DNA from: Myxococcota bacterium | Lineage (GTDB): Bacteria; Myxococcota_A; UBA796; SXON01 | Length of the DNA: 64,000 nucleotides | Direction: 5' to 3' | NCBI GenBank assembly: GCA_040386535.1 | Contig: JAZKFH010000038.1 | Span: 123,191-187,190 of the forward strand | In this document: piece by piece, positions 20,053 to 29,689 of the stretch | How positions within the stretch are numbered: the stretch's first letter is position 1 | Layout: each line of letters opens with the position of its first letter | Notes under the pieces: model-generated | What the model was told of the DNA's origin: nothing | The model's database searches: none | The model's input: the letters and a program-made list of their open reading frames with translations, nothing else | Position numbers and translations under genes: made by a program

Positions 20053-20730
20053 CTACAGCTCCATCCCCGCCAACTGCACCCTCGCCGCCGCCTCCATCCG
20101 CGGGTCCGCGGCAATCGCGGCCTGAAACGACTCGCGCGCGCGGGGGAGCTCGTGCTGGTCGAGCGCGATGAGGCCGTCGGAGAACTTGAGCGCGGCGTCG
20201 AGCGGTTGGGCCGCGACGGTCCCCAACGATGCCACCACAGGAAGCGCCGGAAGCGGAGGCACCGCCCCCGGAACCAGCTGCCCCAGCCGCTCGCGGAAGC
20301 CCGCGGCCACCTTGCGCTCGATGTCGAGGAACTCGGCGACGGTGCCGTTGCTGCCGCTCGCGTAGATGACCTCGCCGGTCTCGACGCGGACCAGGCGCGC
20401 GTCGACGCGGAGGGTGCCCGCGAGCGAGAAGTAGGAGCCGAGGACCAGGTACTCGGCGCCCAGGAGCTTGCCGAGCTTGGCGGAGGTGTCCTTGTCGACG
20501 ACCGCGCTGTGGCCGAGCTTGAGCTCGTCCATGAGCGCCTGGAGCTGGGTGCGCTCGACCACCGTGACGCCGCCCGCGCCCACGAGATCGGTGGTGAGCA
20601 TCTGGGTGAGGCCGACCTTGAGCGGCTCCAGCTCCGGGTTGCCCTGGTTCTGGAAGTACATGACCGCGACGGAGCCCGGGCCGGCAAGGGCCTCGGCGAT
20701 GAGGAGGGAGAGTCCCAACAGGAAGCTCAT
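20053..20730 (-). CDS. CsgG/FlgO/TolB-N-like exported protein with C-terminal TPR
   Basis: Signal peptide; SVAVMYFQN, VVERTQL..LMDELKL, AKLGKLLGAEYLVLGSY, RVDARLVRVETGE. Confidence 0.85.
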   Translation of the reverse strand: MSFLLGLSLLIAEALAGPGSVAVMYFQNQGNPELEPLKVGLTQMLTTDLVGAGGVTVVERTQLQALMDELKLGHSAVVDKDTSAKLGKLLGAEYLVLGSYFSLAGTLRVDARLVRVETGEVIYASGSNGTVAEFLDIERKVAAGFRERLGQLVPGAVPPLPALPVVASLGTVAAQPLDAALKFSDGLIALDQHELPRARESFQAAIAADPRMEAAARVQLAGMEL

Positions 20731-20768
20731 TCGGACTCCGCGCGGGCACACATACACGCCCGCGGTGG

Positions 20769-22553
20769 CTACCGCATCAAGTACGCCGCGCCTCCGCCCA
20801 CCCCGAACGCGCTGCTGGACGAGGCGCCGAGGAGGAGGTCGTCGAGGCCGTCGCCGTTGGTGTCCCCCACGTTGGCGATCGCGGAGCCGAGACCGTCGCC
20901 GTCGGCCTCGCCCAGGTAGCGGGCATCGGCGTCGGAGGGGCCGTACGCGCCGGCGACCGGGCCGTAGAACACGAGGACGGCGCCCTCCGCGGGGGTCGTG
21001 TCGCCGCGGCCAAGCGCCAGGAGGAGGTCCGCGTGGCCGTCCGCGTCGACGTCGGCGAGCGTCTGCCCCCGCGCGACGGCGCCGTCGAGATCGGTCCCGT
21101 ACACGCGCGCCGTAGTGGCCGCGGCGGCCTCGAGGCCCGACGCCGTGCTGCTCCCGCTCACGACGTACACCGCGCCGGTGTAGAAGCCGCCCTGCATGTT
21201 GTAGGGGGCGCCGACGAGGAAGTCGTCGAGGCCGTCGCCATCCACGTCCCCCTCGCCGCCGATCTCGCCGCGCGAGAACCAGTCGTTCGTGATCTCGCCG
21301 CCGACGTGGCGGTCCGCGTCCGCGAACGTGACGTCGCCCAGGAGGGGGCCGTGGAACACGCCGACCGCGCCGGCGCCGTCGTCCCCGAGGTCGGAGCCGT
21401 AGGCGCCCACGAGCAGATCGGGCGCGCCGTCGCCGTTCACGTCGCCGAGGGCCGCCACGCTGTTTCCGGTACCCCCGGACTCCCGATCGCCGCGGATCAC
21501 GAGGCCCTCGTCCACCGTGTGGTCGCCGGTGACGGGGCCGGCCAGGATCCATGCCGTCCCGCCGGGGCCATCCTCCACCAGGCCGGAGCTGCCCACGATC
21601 ACGTCGGCGACGCCGTCGCCGGTGAGGTCGGGCGAGGCGGCGACGCTGGTCCCGACGCCGTCGTACGCGTCGCTCCCCGCGGTGATGAGCCCCGCGGAGG
21701 AGGCGAACGACATCGAGCCGGTGGTCGTGCCGCTCACGATGTAGACGGCCCCGTAGGTCCACGCGCCCGAGGCGCCGACGGCGGCGTCCGGCACGCCGTC
21801 TCCGTCGAGGTCCTGGCCGCCCGCGATCGTGCCCGCGAACCCGCGGTTCGTGGTGCTGTACATGTAGAGGGGCGCGATGGTCTCGACGAGGTGCTCCCCC
21901 GTGACCGCGCCCGGGACGAGGAACACGGCGCCGGCGTACTCCGCGCTGCCGTAGCCGAAGGCGCCGATCCACACGTCGCCGAGGCCGTCGCCGTCCACAT
22001 CGCCCGCCCGGGCCCCGCTGCTGCCCAGGTGCCCGTCGGGCCCCCCGCGGTAGATCGTCGTGGCCGCCCCGACGCCGACATCCCCGTCGGGAGCGCACAT
22101 GCGGTCGCCGCCGACGCAGTCGTCATCGACGCCGTCGCCGCACACCTCGACGGCGGCGGGGCTGATTGCCGCGTCGGCGTCGTCGCAGTCGCGGGCCTCG
22201 GTGTCGGCCCCGGCGGGCGGCTCGCACGCCAGCACCGGGGTGCCGGCGTAGCCGTCAGCGTCGTCATCGACGTACCAGGTGGGGGTCACGTTCTCGTCGA
22301 CCGCCCCGTCACAGTTGTCGTCCACGCCGTTGCACGCCTCGGTCGCGCCGGAGTGCACGGTCGCGTCGGTCGGGGCACAGTCGTCGTCGTCGGGGGTGCC
22401 GTCCGCGTCGGTATCGGCGGGGGGCGCGGTGTCTGCCGCGGAGTCTCCGGCGGAGTCGAGATCGCTCCCGTCGTCGGGGACGAGACCGCCGTCCTTGCCG
22501 ACACACGCCGCGAGGAGGAGGAAGGTCAGGTGCGTCGGAAGCGTGCGAATCAT
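20769..22553 (-). CDS. Lipoprotein with MopE-type putative metal-binding repeats and FG-GAP (integrin-alpha) repeats
   Basis: Lipobox LAAC; DCAPTDATVHSGATEACNGVDDNCDG and DCDDADAAISPAAVEVCGDGVDDDC; repeated GDVxGDGxxDxxxGA. ATGA overlap with the CHASE2 gene. Confidence 0.88.
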   Translation of the reverse strand: MIRTLPTHLTFLLLAACVGKDGGLVPDDGSDLDSAGDSAADTAPPADTDADGTPDDDDCAPTDATVHSGATEACNGVDDNCDGAVDENVTPTWYVDDDADGYAGTPVLACEPPAGADTEARDCDDADAAISPAAVEVCGDGVDDDCVGGDRMCAPDGDVGVGAATTIYRGGPDGHLGSSGARAGDVDGDGLGDVWIGAFGYGSAEYAGAVFLVPGAVTGEHLVETIAPLYMYSTTNRGFAGTIAGGQDLDGDGVPDAAVGASGAWTYGAVYIVSGTTTGSMSFASSAGLITAGSDAYDGVGTSVAASPDLTGDGVADVIVGSSGLVEDGPGGTAWILAGPVTGDHTVDEGLVIRGDRESGGTGNSVAALGDVNGDGAPDLLVGAYGSDLGDDGAGAVGVFHGPLLGDVTFADADRHVGGEITNDWFSRGEIGGEGDVDGDGLDDFLVGAPYNMQGGFYTGAVYVVSGSSTASGLEAAAATTARVYGTDLDGAVARGQTLADVDADGHADLLLALGRGDTTPAEGAVLVFYGPVAGAYGPSDADARYLGEADGDGLGSAIANVGDTNGDGLDDLLLGASSSSAFGVGGGAAYLMR

Positions 22554-23944
22554 TGGGGCTCCGCCGCGCGGGCGTAGACGTGGCTTCCGAGCAGGGTACA
22601 CGCGATCACGGCGAGCGAGGGCCCGATGTCGAGCACCAGCCCGTCGAAGAGCGTGAAGGCGCCGAGGCCGACGGCGAAGAGCGCCACGCAGGCGAGCAGC
22701 CAGGCGCCGATGTGCGCGGCGCCCTCGTACCGGGCGGTCCGGAGGACGAGCCCGCCGAACACCAACGCGACCGCCCAGGCGCCGAGCGGCCCGCCGGGGC
22801 GCCGGGTGTGGCGCCCGGAGAGCAAGGTGTCGAGGAGATGCGCGTGGATGCGGACGCCGGCCATGTCCGCGCTCTGCATGGCGGGGAAGGCGTAGGGGGT
22901 GACGAAGCGGTCGTTCGCGGCGGCGTCGGTGCGGCCGATCAGCACCACGCGGCCCTTCAGCGCGGCCGCGAGCTCGTCGGGGACGCGGAGAGGAAGGTCG
23001 AAGCCGAGCCCGCGGGCGAGGGCGGACTCGCCGACGCTGCGGAGGACGCGGGCGGCCGAGACGAGCGGGATGCCGTCGGCGCCCTCGGGGCCGCGGAAGT
23101 TGAGCGGGAGCGCCTCGTGCAAGGCGACGGGGCCCGAGGGGAGGCCCAGCCAGTCGGGCCCGACGGTGCAGACCACCGGGGCGCCGCCGCAGCGCTCGGC
23201 GATCGAGGCGGCGAGCTGCGCGGGGGGCAACGCGGAGCGGTGGAGCCACGCCCCGGCGAGGGCGACGGCGGGCGTGGGGGCGTCGTCGTCCTGCCAGCCG
23301 CCGACGAGGCCGGCGGGGAAGGGGGCCAACAGGCGCGCGCGGGCGACGGCCTGCACCAGCGGCACGGCGCGCACGGCCATCTCGCCGGAGAACAACGTCT
23401 GCTCCTCCATGCCGAGGTTGGCGAACGCGGCGAGCGCCACCTCGCCGAACACGGAGCCGGCGGCAAACGGCACCGGATCGCCCGCGATGCCCGGCGAGAA
23501 CCGCTCGGCGACGGCGACGCGGCCGTGCGCCTCGATGGCGGCGCGCAAGAGATCGTCGTCGGGCGCGGGGACGTCGGTGAGGATGTCGAGCACGACGGTC
23601 TTGGCGCCGGCGGCCTGGAGGAAGCGGACGAGCTCGGCGAGCATGGCGCGGGGCGTGGTCGCGGGGGCGGGATCGGCGGGGTTCCAGAGGTAGAACGCCT
23701 CCTCGTCGATGCCGAGGATGGCGACCTCGCCGCTGGTCGGCGCGGCCCCGCGCAGGGACGTGTAGAGCACGTCGGTGCGGCCGCCGAGCAGCACGAACGC
23801 CAGCGCGCCGAGCGCCAGCGCGGAGAGGACGTTGACGACGACCTCGTTGGCGAGGTCGCGGCCCACGCGGCGGAGGGTGGCGCGGTGGGGCTGGTCGGGG
23901 GGCGGCGCTGGCGACGGCGGCGCGGTTTCCGAAGGCACACTCAC
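22550..23944 (-). CDS. CHASE2 domain membrane protein without cytoplasmic output domain
   Basis: N-terminal TM; VAILGIDEE, PRAMLAELV..L..AGAKTVVLDIL, LKGRVVLIG, DRFVTP, MAGVRIHAHLLDTLL; three C-terminal TMs, then stop. GTGA overlap with the upstream gene. Confidence 0.88.
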   Translation of the reverse strand: MSVPSETAPPSPAPPPDQPHRATLRRVGRDLANEVVVNVLSALALGALAFVLLGGRTDVLYTSLRGAAPTSGEVAILGIDEEAFYLWNPADPAPATTPRAMLAELVRFLQAAGAKTVVLDILTDVPAPDDDLLRAAIEAHGRVAVAERFSPGIAGDPVPFAAGSVFGEVALAAFANLGMEEQTLFSGEMAVRAVPLVQAVARARLLAPFPAGLVGGWQDDDAPTPAVALAGAWLHRSALPPAQLAASIAERCGGAPVVCTVGPDWLGLPSGPVALHEALPLNFRGPEGADGIPLVSAARVLRSVGESALARGLGFDLPLRVPDELAAALKGRVVLIGRTDAAANDRFVTPYAFPAMQSADMAGVRIHAHLLDTLLSGRHTRRPGGPLGAWAVALVFGGLVLRTARYEGAAHIGAWLLACVALFAVGLGAFTLFDGLVLDIGPSLAVIACTLLGSHVYARAAEPQ

Positions 23945-24711
23945 GGTGCGACGCCCGCGAGCTTCTCGTAGCCGGCCACGAGCTCGGGCAGGCCGGCGGC
24001 TTCGAGCGTGGTGAGGGCGTCGGTCGGGTAGCCGGCGAGCAGGAGCGCGGCCGCGACGGTGGCGGCACGATCGGCGGGGTCGGCGACGCTGTCGGCGCGC
24101 GCGCTGGCGACGGCGGCGTCGGCCTCGGCGGGGGGCGACACGCGCAGTGCGAACTCCTCGGTGCCGACGCGCACGACGTAGGTGCCCGGCGCCAGCGCGG
24201 GGCCGCCGTAGGGCACGGTCTTGTCGCCAGTGCCGGTCCACACGGTGGTGTCCGCGCGCAGGTCGAGCACGGCCACCTCCTGCGGGCCGCACGCGTCACA
24301 CCGCCAGCGGATCTCGCGGAGCGCCAGCGCGGGCGCGCGCGGCACCGGACGCGTGAGGACGAGCCCGACCGCGCGGGAGGCCCCGGCGGAGCCGAGCGAC
24401 GTGCGCTTCTGGAGCAGCGCGCCGACCTGATCGGCGGCGGCCGGCGCCGTGGTGAACGAGGCGGGATCGACCCGCTTGGGGCCGTCGACCGTGAACGCGC
24501 CGCCCTGGCGCAGGAACACGACGTGGGCGCCCGCGCCGAGCTCGAGGGTCTGGCCGACCGCGAGCAGGAACGGCGCGGCGGGCGCGGGGCTCGACGTGCC
24601 GCCCTGCACGAGCGTGACGGGGCCGCGCACGAGGGTGACCATCGCCGGGGCGTCGTTGGCGGCGGGCGCCGCGTGCGCGAGCGAGGCGAGGGCGATCAGG
24701 AAGAGCGGCAT
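23941..24711 (-). CDS. Exported DUF928-like protein
   Basis: Signal peptide; central GSAGASR; C-terminal LLAGYPTDALTTL, resembling the DUF928 GxWxDAL helix; directly upstream of CHASE2. Confidence 0.6.
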   Translation of the reverse strand: MPLFLIALASLAHAAPAANDAPAMVTLVRGPVTLVQGGTSSPAPAAPFLLAVGQTLELGAGAHVVFLRQGGAFTVDGPKRVDPASFTTAPAAADQVGALLQKRTSLGSAGASRAVGLVLTRPVPRAPALALREIRWRCDACGPQEVAVLDLRADTTVWTGTGDKTVPYGGPALAPGTYVVRVGTEEFALRVSPPAEADAAVASARADSVADPADRAATVAAALLLAGYPTDALTTLEAAGLPELVAGYEKLAGVAP

Positions 24712-24744
24712 GGGGTTCCTCGGCGACGGGTCGGGGGCGCGTCG

Positions 24745-26679
24745 TCAGTCGTGGGCGCAGCGGTGGTAGACGAGGTTGGTCCACATCTGGTCGGCCGAGT
24801 ACGCCCAGATCGCGCCGGCGGCGGCGTCCTGGCGCTGGGTGCGGGTCATCTCCAACATCTGCTCGAAGCGCACCCACTCCTGGCCACACTGCGTCGCGTC
24901 CCCCTTGCCGGTCAGCTCGCGGGTGCGGGCGCTGTCGAACCACGCCCAGGCGGCCGGGAGCGTCGCGAAGCGGGGGGGCACCCCGTCCAGGCAGCCGAAG
25001 TCTGCCGCGGGGGCCCACTGCGGCATGCCCGAGTTGATGTCGCGATCGAGCGGGATGTCCGGGAGCACCCGCTTGCGGTCGTACTCGGCCACCCACGTCA
25101 CCGCCGCGGCGCGCCCGTTCAGCGCCTGCTTGCACACCGCGGTGTCCGCGACCTTGCCCGCGCCGAGCAGGCGCATGCGCCGCACCACCTCGTCGACCGG
25201 GAGGCCGCGGCGGCGCACCTGGCCATCCTCCCAGTCGCGCGCGGCGCCCAGGATGCCGTCGACCGTCTGCTTCACCAGGAGCGACCGCGTCGGATCCGCC
25301 TCGTGCGCCGCGAGCAGGGCCTCCACCCGCCGCGAGAGGTCCGCGTCCGCGCCGAGGTTGGCCGCGCGCGTGGTCGTCCACACGATCTGCAGGCTGTCCT
25401 CCAGCGAGAACGCGTGTGTTCCGTGGGACGCCGGGAGCGTGGCGACGCCGGCGGTGCGCGCGCCGGCCATCAGGGTGTCGAGCTCGCGGAGGGCGTCCCG
25501 CGTCGAGAAGCAGCCGAGGAGCGCGCCCACGAGGCCGTGGGTCGGCTCGTACTCGGGGTGTCCGGCGAGGACGAAGGCGGGCGTGCTCGAGAAGAGGTTC
25601 GCGGTGCGCGTCGGGAGGCTCTCGCGCAGGTGGCGGGGGATCGCCTGGTCGGTGAGCGCCGCATCCAGGCCCCGCTCCTGGGCCGCCACGCCGATCGCGT
25701 AGCCGAGCACGCCCACATCCGTCTTCTTGCGCGCAGGCTCGGCCACCTTCCAGCCCACCCGGTCGAGGTAGTGCCGCATCTCCGCGTACCGATCGCAGTG
25801 ACGCCGCTGCTCTTCCAGCGCGCCGAGGCGGAGCGCGAACCGCGCCAAGGAGGCCTGGTCGTAGGCGAACGTCGCCGGGAGCGTGCGGTCGTCGGGAGCG
25901 GCGGCGAGCACGGCCGCGAGCGCCTCGTCCCGCGCGGTCTTCTTCGTCCCGCTCCGCTCGGCCTCGCGCCGCTTCACCAGCGCCTCGAGGTCGCCGAGCG
26001 CCGCCTGCGCGTCCACGAATTGGGGGTCCTCGCTCAACGCGCGCGCGAACGCGGTCTTCGCGTCGTCGAGCTTGCCCTCGGCCGTGCGCGCGAGGCCCTC
26101 GCCGTAGGCCGTGAACGCGGTGAACCGCTCCGTCGGCGCCTGCATCAGGAGCTTGCGCCGCTCCGACGAGGACAGCGTCAGGTCGAGCCCCGCGACCAGC
26201 GCCTCGACCAGCTCCTTCTCCACCGCCACGAAGTCGGCCACGGTGCCGTTCGCGGCCGCCGCCTTCACGACCTCGCCGGTCTGCACCTCGACGATCCGCG
26301 CGTCGAGCGCGAAGGCGGGGTCGAGCACCGTGAACGAGCCCGTGACCACGAAGCGGGCGCCGAGCCCCTTGCCGAGCTTCTGCGCGGTCTTCGGGTCGAG
26401 GAACCCCGTCTCCTGCAGCTTCATCTCCGCCAGGAGCGCGTCGAGCTGGTCGCGCTCCACGAGGCGCAAGCCGGGGAGCGCCGAGAGGTCGGACACGAGC
26501 ATGCCCGCCAACGCGCGGCCCAGGCCGTCGTATTGCGCGCCCGCCGCCCCCTTCTGGAGGGGGAGCACGGCGACCGACGGCGGCTCGGCGGCGTGGGCCG
26601 CACCGATGGCGGCATCACCGATGGCCGTGCCGAGGAGCACGGTGAGCACGAGGCACAAGAACGGGAGGGCGCGGCGCAT
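24745..26679 (-). CDS. Exported CsgG/FlgO-like domain + TPR + unknown C-terminal region
   Basis: Signal peptide; SVAVLPL, RLVERDQLDALLAE, AQKLGKGLGARFVVTGSF, LDARIVEVQTGE; TPR helix pair. Paralogous to 20053..20730. Confidence 0.85.
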   Translation of the reverse strand: MRRALPFLCLVLTVLLGTAIGDAAIGAAHAAEPPSVAVLPLQKGAAGAQYDGLGRALAGMLVSDLSALPGLRLVERDQLDALLAEMKLQETGFLDPKTAQKLGKGLGARFVVTGSFTVLDPAFALDARIVEVQTGEVVKAAAANGTVADFVAVEKELVEALVAGLDLTLSSSERRKLLMQAPTERFTAFTAYGEGLARTAEGKLDDAKTAFARALSEDPQFVDAQAALGDLEALVKRREAERSGTKKTARDEALAAVLAAAPDDRTLPATFAYDQASLARFALRLGALEEQRRHCDRYAEMRHYLDRVGWKVAEPARKKTDVGVLGYAIGVAAQERGLDAALTDQAIPRHLRESLPTRTANLFSSTPAFVLAGHPEYEPTHGLVGALLGCFSTRDALRELDTLMAGARTAGVATLPASHGTHAFSLEDSLQIVWTTTRAANLGADADLSRRVEALLAAHEADPTRSLLVKQTVDGILGAARDWEDGQVRRRGLPVDEVVRRMRLLGAGKVADTAVCKQALNGRAAAVTWVAEYDRKRVLPDIPLDRDINSGMPQWAPAADFGCLDGVPPRFATLPAAWAWFDSARTRELTGKGDATQCGQEWVRFEQMLEMTRTQRQDAAAGAIWAYSADQMWTNLVYHRCAHD

Positions 26680-26770
26680 CGGCGGGAGTGTACCGCTCCG
26701 TGGCTGGGCAGGGGCTGGGCGGGGGCCGCCGTCCCGCGTGCGCTACGATGCGCGCCTCCTCGGAAGCCCC

Positions 26771-28537
26771 ATGTTGTTCACCCTGGTGTCCGCCGTCTGC
26801 CTCGCGCAGGATCCCTACGCCGCCCTCCTCGCCACGTCGGCCACCAGCCCCGCCGACGAGTACGCCATCGGCAAGGAGTACATCGACTCCCAATTCTGGC
26901 TCCTCGGCGAGCTCAAGGACGCCGAGCAGCAGCTCCGCGTCGAGCGCATCACCCGGCGTGTGCTCGCCGCGAGCGACCGCCCCGATCTCGTGTTCAACGT
27001 GATGCTGCTCGACGACGACGAGGTCAACGCCTCCGCCCTCCCCGGCGGCTTTCTCCAGGTCAACAAGGGCCTGCTCACGCTGTTGAACGACGACGAGCTC
27101 GCCTTCGTCATCGGCCACGAGCTCTCGCACGTCATCCTGCGGCACGGCGCCAGCACCATGAACTTGCAGACCGCCACCCACTCGATGACCGACCTGAAGG
27201 GCTCGCGCGCCAGCGACGACCGCGCCGCCGCCCGCAAGAAGGCCACCGAGCTGTACCTGATGATGGCGTCCCACTCCCGGCAGCTCGAGCTCGAGGCCGA
27301 TCTGTACGGCCAGCTCTACGCCGTGCGCGCCGGCTACCCTTCAGCGGCGTCCATCACCGCGCTCCAGGGCCTGCAGGGCTCGATCGGCGGCGAAGGCATG
27401 ACAGAGGTCGAGGTGCCCTGGGCCAGCCACCCCCTCTTCACCGAGCGCATCGACCAGCTCCAACGCGGCCTCGCCGGCGTGCGGCGCACCCAGGGCCAGT
27501 TCGACGCCGGCCTCTCCTGGCTGCGCGCGGGCCGCTACGAGCAGGCCGCCACCTCGTTCCAGCAGTTCCTCACGCTGTTTCCGCGCAGCACCGCCGGCTG
27601 GGCCAACCTCGGCGCCGCTTACCTGTACCAGGCGGCCAGCGGCGCGCAGGACCCCTGGCTCGACGTGCTCCCCCTGCACGCCGACTCCGGCATCACCGTG
27701 CGCGGCGCCAGCCCCGCCGTCGCCCGTGACCGTGCCCGCGACGCCCTGCTCCGCGCCCTCGCGGTCAACCCCCAGGATCCCGTGTCCATCGGCCTGATGG
27801 GCGTGCTCGCCCGGGGCGAGGGCCGCTTGAAGGAGGCCCGCGCCTTGCTCGAGCGCGCGCTCCTCACCTCGGCCGACGCCGCCCCGCTCCTCGTGGTCCT
27901 CGGCAACGTGGCCGCGCAGGAGGGCAAGACCGACGAGGCCGTGCGCCACTGGGAGAAGGCCCGCGCCCTGGCGCCCGAGCAGGCCGAGCCCCTCGTCAAC
28001 CTGGCCCGGCTCCACGAGCAACAGAAGAAGAAGAAGCCCGCCATCGCCGCCTGGAAGGAGCTGCTCGACGTGCCCGCGTGGCAGGACGAGGCGGTGACCC
28101 GGCTCAAGGGGCTCGGCGTCAAGGTCGAGACGCCGCCGGTGCCAGCGGGCGCCGCCGAGAAGCTGGCGTTCGGGAAGAACAACGTCGGCGTGGGGGACGC
28201 GTACACGACCCTCGCGGCGCTCGGCGCCCCCGACTACGAAGAGGCCGACTCGGCCATGCCCGAGTACCGGTACCTCGCTTGGGACACGGTCGGCCTCGAA
28301 GCGCTCGTGCTCCGCGATCGCGTCGTCCGCTGGAGCCTGTGGTGGCCGGGCACCGCGACCACCCGCGCCGGCATCACCATCGGCTCCTCCCACAACCAGG
28401 TCATGACCGCGTACGGCGAAACCTCGAACCAATACGTCAGCGGCAACATGGCCGAGCTCCAATGGAGCCAACTCGGGCTGATCGTGCTGTTGTCGGACGA
28501 CGAGGTGATGGGGATCGAACTTTCACCGGTGGAGTAG
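26771..28537 (+). CDS. M48 family zinc metallopeptidase with TPR repeats
   Basis: VNASALPGG, DELAFVIGHELSH (HExxH), ELEAD, SHP...RI; TPRs; signal-like N-terminus. Confidence 0.92.
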   Translation: MLFTLVSAVCLAQDPYAALLATSATSPADEYAIGKEYIDSQFWLLGELKDAEQQLRVERITRRVLAASDRPDLVFNVMLLDDDEVNASALPGGFLQVNKGLLTLLNDDELAFVIGHELSHVILRHGASTMNLQTATHSMTDLKGSRASDDRAAARKKATELYLMMASHSRQLELEADLYGQLYAVRAGYPSAASITALQGLQGSIGGEGMTEVEVPWASHPLFTERIDQLQRGLAGVRRTQGQFDAGLSWLRAGRYEQAATSFQQFLTLFPRSTAGWANLGAAYLYQAASGAQDPWLDVLPLHADSGITVRGASPAVARDRARDALLRALAVNPQDPVSIGLMGVLARGEGRLKEARALLERALLTSADAAPLLVVLGNVAAQEGKTDEAVRHWEKARALAPEQAEPLVNLARLHEQQKKKKPAIAAWKELLDVPAWQDEAVTRLKGLGVKVETPPVPAGAAEKLAFGKNNVGVGDAYTTLAALGAPDYEEADSAMPEYRYLAWDTVGLEALVLRDRVVRWSLWWPGTATTRAGITIGSSHNQVMTAYGETSNQYVSGNMAELQWSQLGLIVLLSDDEVMGIELSPVE

Positions 28538-28541
28538 CCAC

Positions 28542-29399
28542 GTGTTCTTGCTCCTCGCCTGCGCGCCGTCGGTCCCCGGGGTGCCCGTCCTGACGGCGCT
28601 TGCGCCGGCGAGCCACGCGGAGGCCGTGTCGGTCGACCGTTTCCTGGCACCGACCGGACTCGGCGCGACCAATGACTTGTTGTGCCCGTGGGCGCGTGGC
28701 GAGCCCGTCCCCGACGCCTCCCTCGTACGTTGGGTCGCCGAGGGGCGCCTCACATGGCGGGTGCTCACCGTCGGGTCGGCGGTCACGTTCGCGGGCTCCG
28801 CCGAACCCGATGCGGCCTCGGCTTCCATGGGGGCCGCGCGCGCGCTCGCGGCGCGGTGCGGGACCGACATCTCGGCCGACGTGCTCGTCGTCGCTGCGCC
28901 GGAGGTTGCGTTCGCGACCGTGGCGCGCGCGGTGATCACGGTCACCCAAGCCGGCTTGGGTCCTGCGTGGCTGCTCGTGGACGATCCGACCCCGACCGCG
29001 CCGACGCTGGCGGCCGTGCTACGGATGTACACGGTCGGGGTGGACGCGAACGGGGTGGTGACCGTCGAGCGCGACGAGCCCGCCGCTGGGCCCGACGGGT
29101 GCGCGGTGGTGACGGGCGCGGACGCTGCGCGGTGGGACGGTGTCGTCGCAGCCGTGGACGACCTGCGCCGCCGGGGTGTCACCGAGGTGATGCTCGCGAC
29201 GGAGGGGGTCGTCCGGGAGGCTCGCCCGATGGGGGGCAGCCCGCCGGGCGTGCGCACCGTGCCGGTGCATGACGACGTCGCGGTGATTCCGTTGGTCATT
29301 CCGCGAATGTGTGCCGAGGGGGCGACGGGGTGTGGGTGTATGGCGGGGACGTTGCGGGTCGGGAATGTCGGCGAGGCGGAGCCGGTGAAGGGGAAGTAG
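28542..29399 (+). CDS. Hypothetical lipoprotein, possibly with tandem ExbD-like periplasmic folds
   Basis: LLLAC lipobox; segments VLVVAAPEVAFATVARAV and GADAARWDGVVAAVDDLRRRGVTEV. Confidence 0.5.
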   Translation: MFLLLACAPSVPGVPVLTALAPASHAEAVSVDRFLAPTGLGATNDLLCPWARGEPVPDASLVRWVAEGRLTWRVLTVGSAVTFAGSAEPDAASASMGAARALAARCGTDISADVLVVAAPEVAFATVARAVITVTQAGLGPAWLLVDDPTPTAPTLAAVLRMYTVGVDANGVVTVERDEPAAGPDGCAVVTGADAARWDGVVAAVDDLRRRGVTEVMLATEGVVREARPMGGSPPGVRTVPVHDDVAVIPLVIPRMCAEGATGCGCMAGTLRVGNVGEAEPVKGK

Positions 29400-29536
29400 G
29401 GATCGGGCGCCCCGGCACCCGCCCGGGGGTGTGTCGTGGTGGATGACATCGGGGCGGCGGGTGCCGTCGGCCCCTTCTGGGCGCGGCGCGGAGCGCCTTG
29501 GTCCGGCTCCGGGCACGGCGGACCGTGCCCGGAGCC

Positions 29537-29586
29537 GGGACCGGCCGCCAGGGGCGGCCGCCCGCCAGGGGCCTGGCGCGGGTTGC
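29537..29586 (-). repeat. GC-rich arm repeat copy (direct repeat with 30957-31006)
   Basis: 48 of 50 nt identical to 30957-31006; its reverse complement fits the arm consensus. Confidence 0.85.
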
Positions 29587-29689
29587 GTCTCATCGATCGA
29601 GTTTCGGCGCGTTCCTGGCCGTTCAAACCGCACATTGCGCGGGTGACGGCGCGGCGCTTCGGCAGCGTCACTGCCTGCTCGCCGAGCTG

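Noticed and set aside
22554..24299. Long N-terminal extensions of track ORFs (20769..24299, also 20053..22098, 49421..51472, 1836..3113)
   Set aside because: They overlap other real genes or repeats; signal peptides and ATGA/GTGA coupling define shorter starts.
24523..27729. 1068-aa plus-strand ORF, and similarly 41108..44716 and 56115..59372
   Set aside because: Arg/Gly/Pro-rich shadow frames overlapping well-supported genes.
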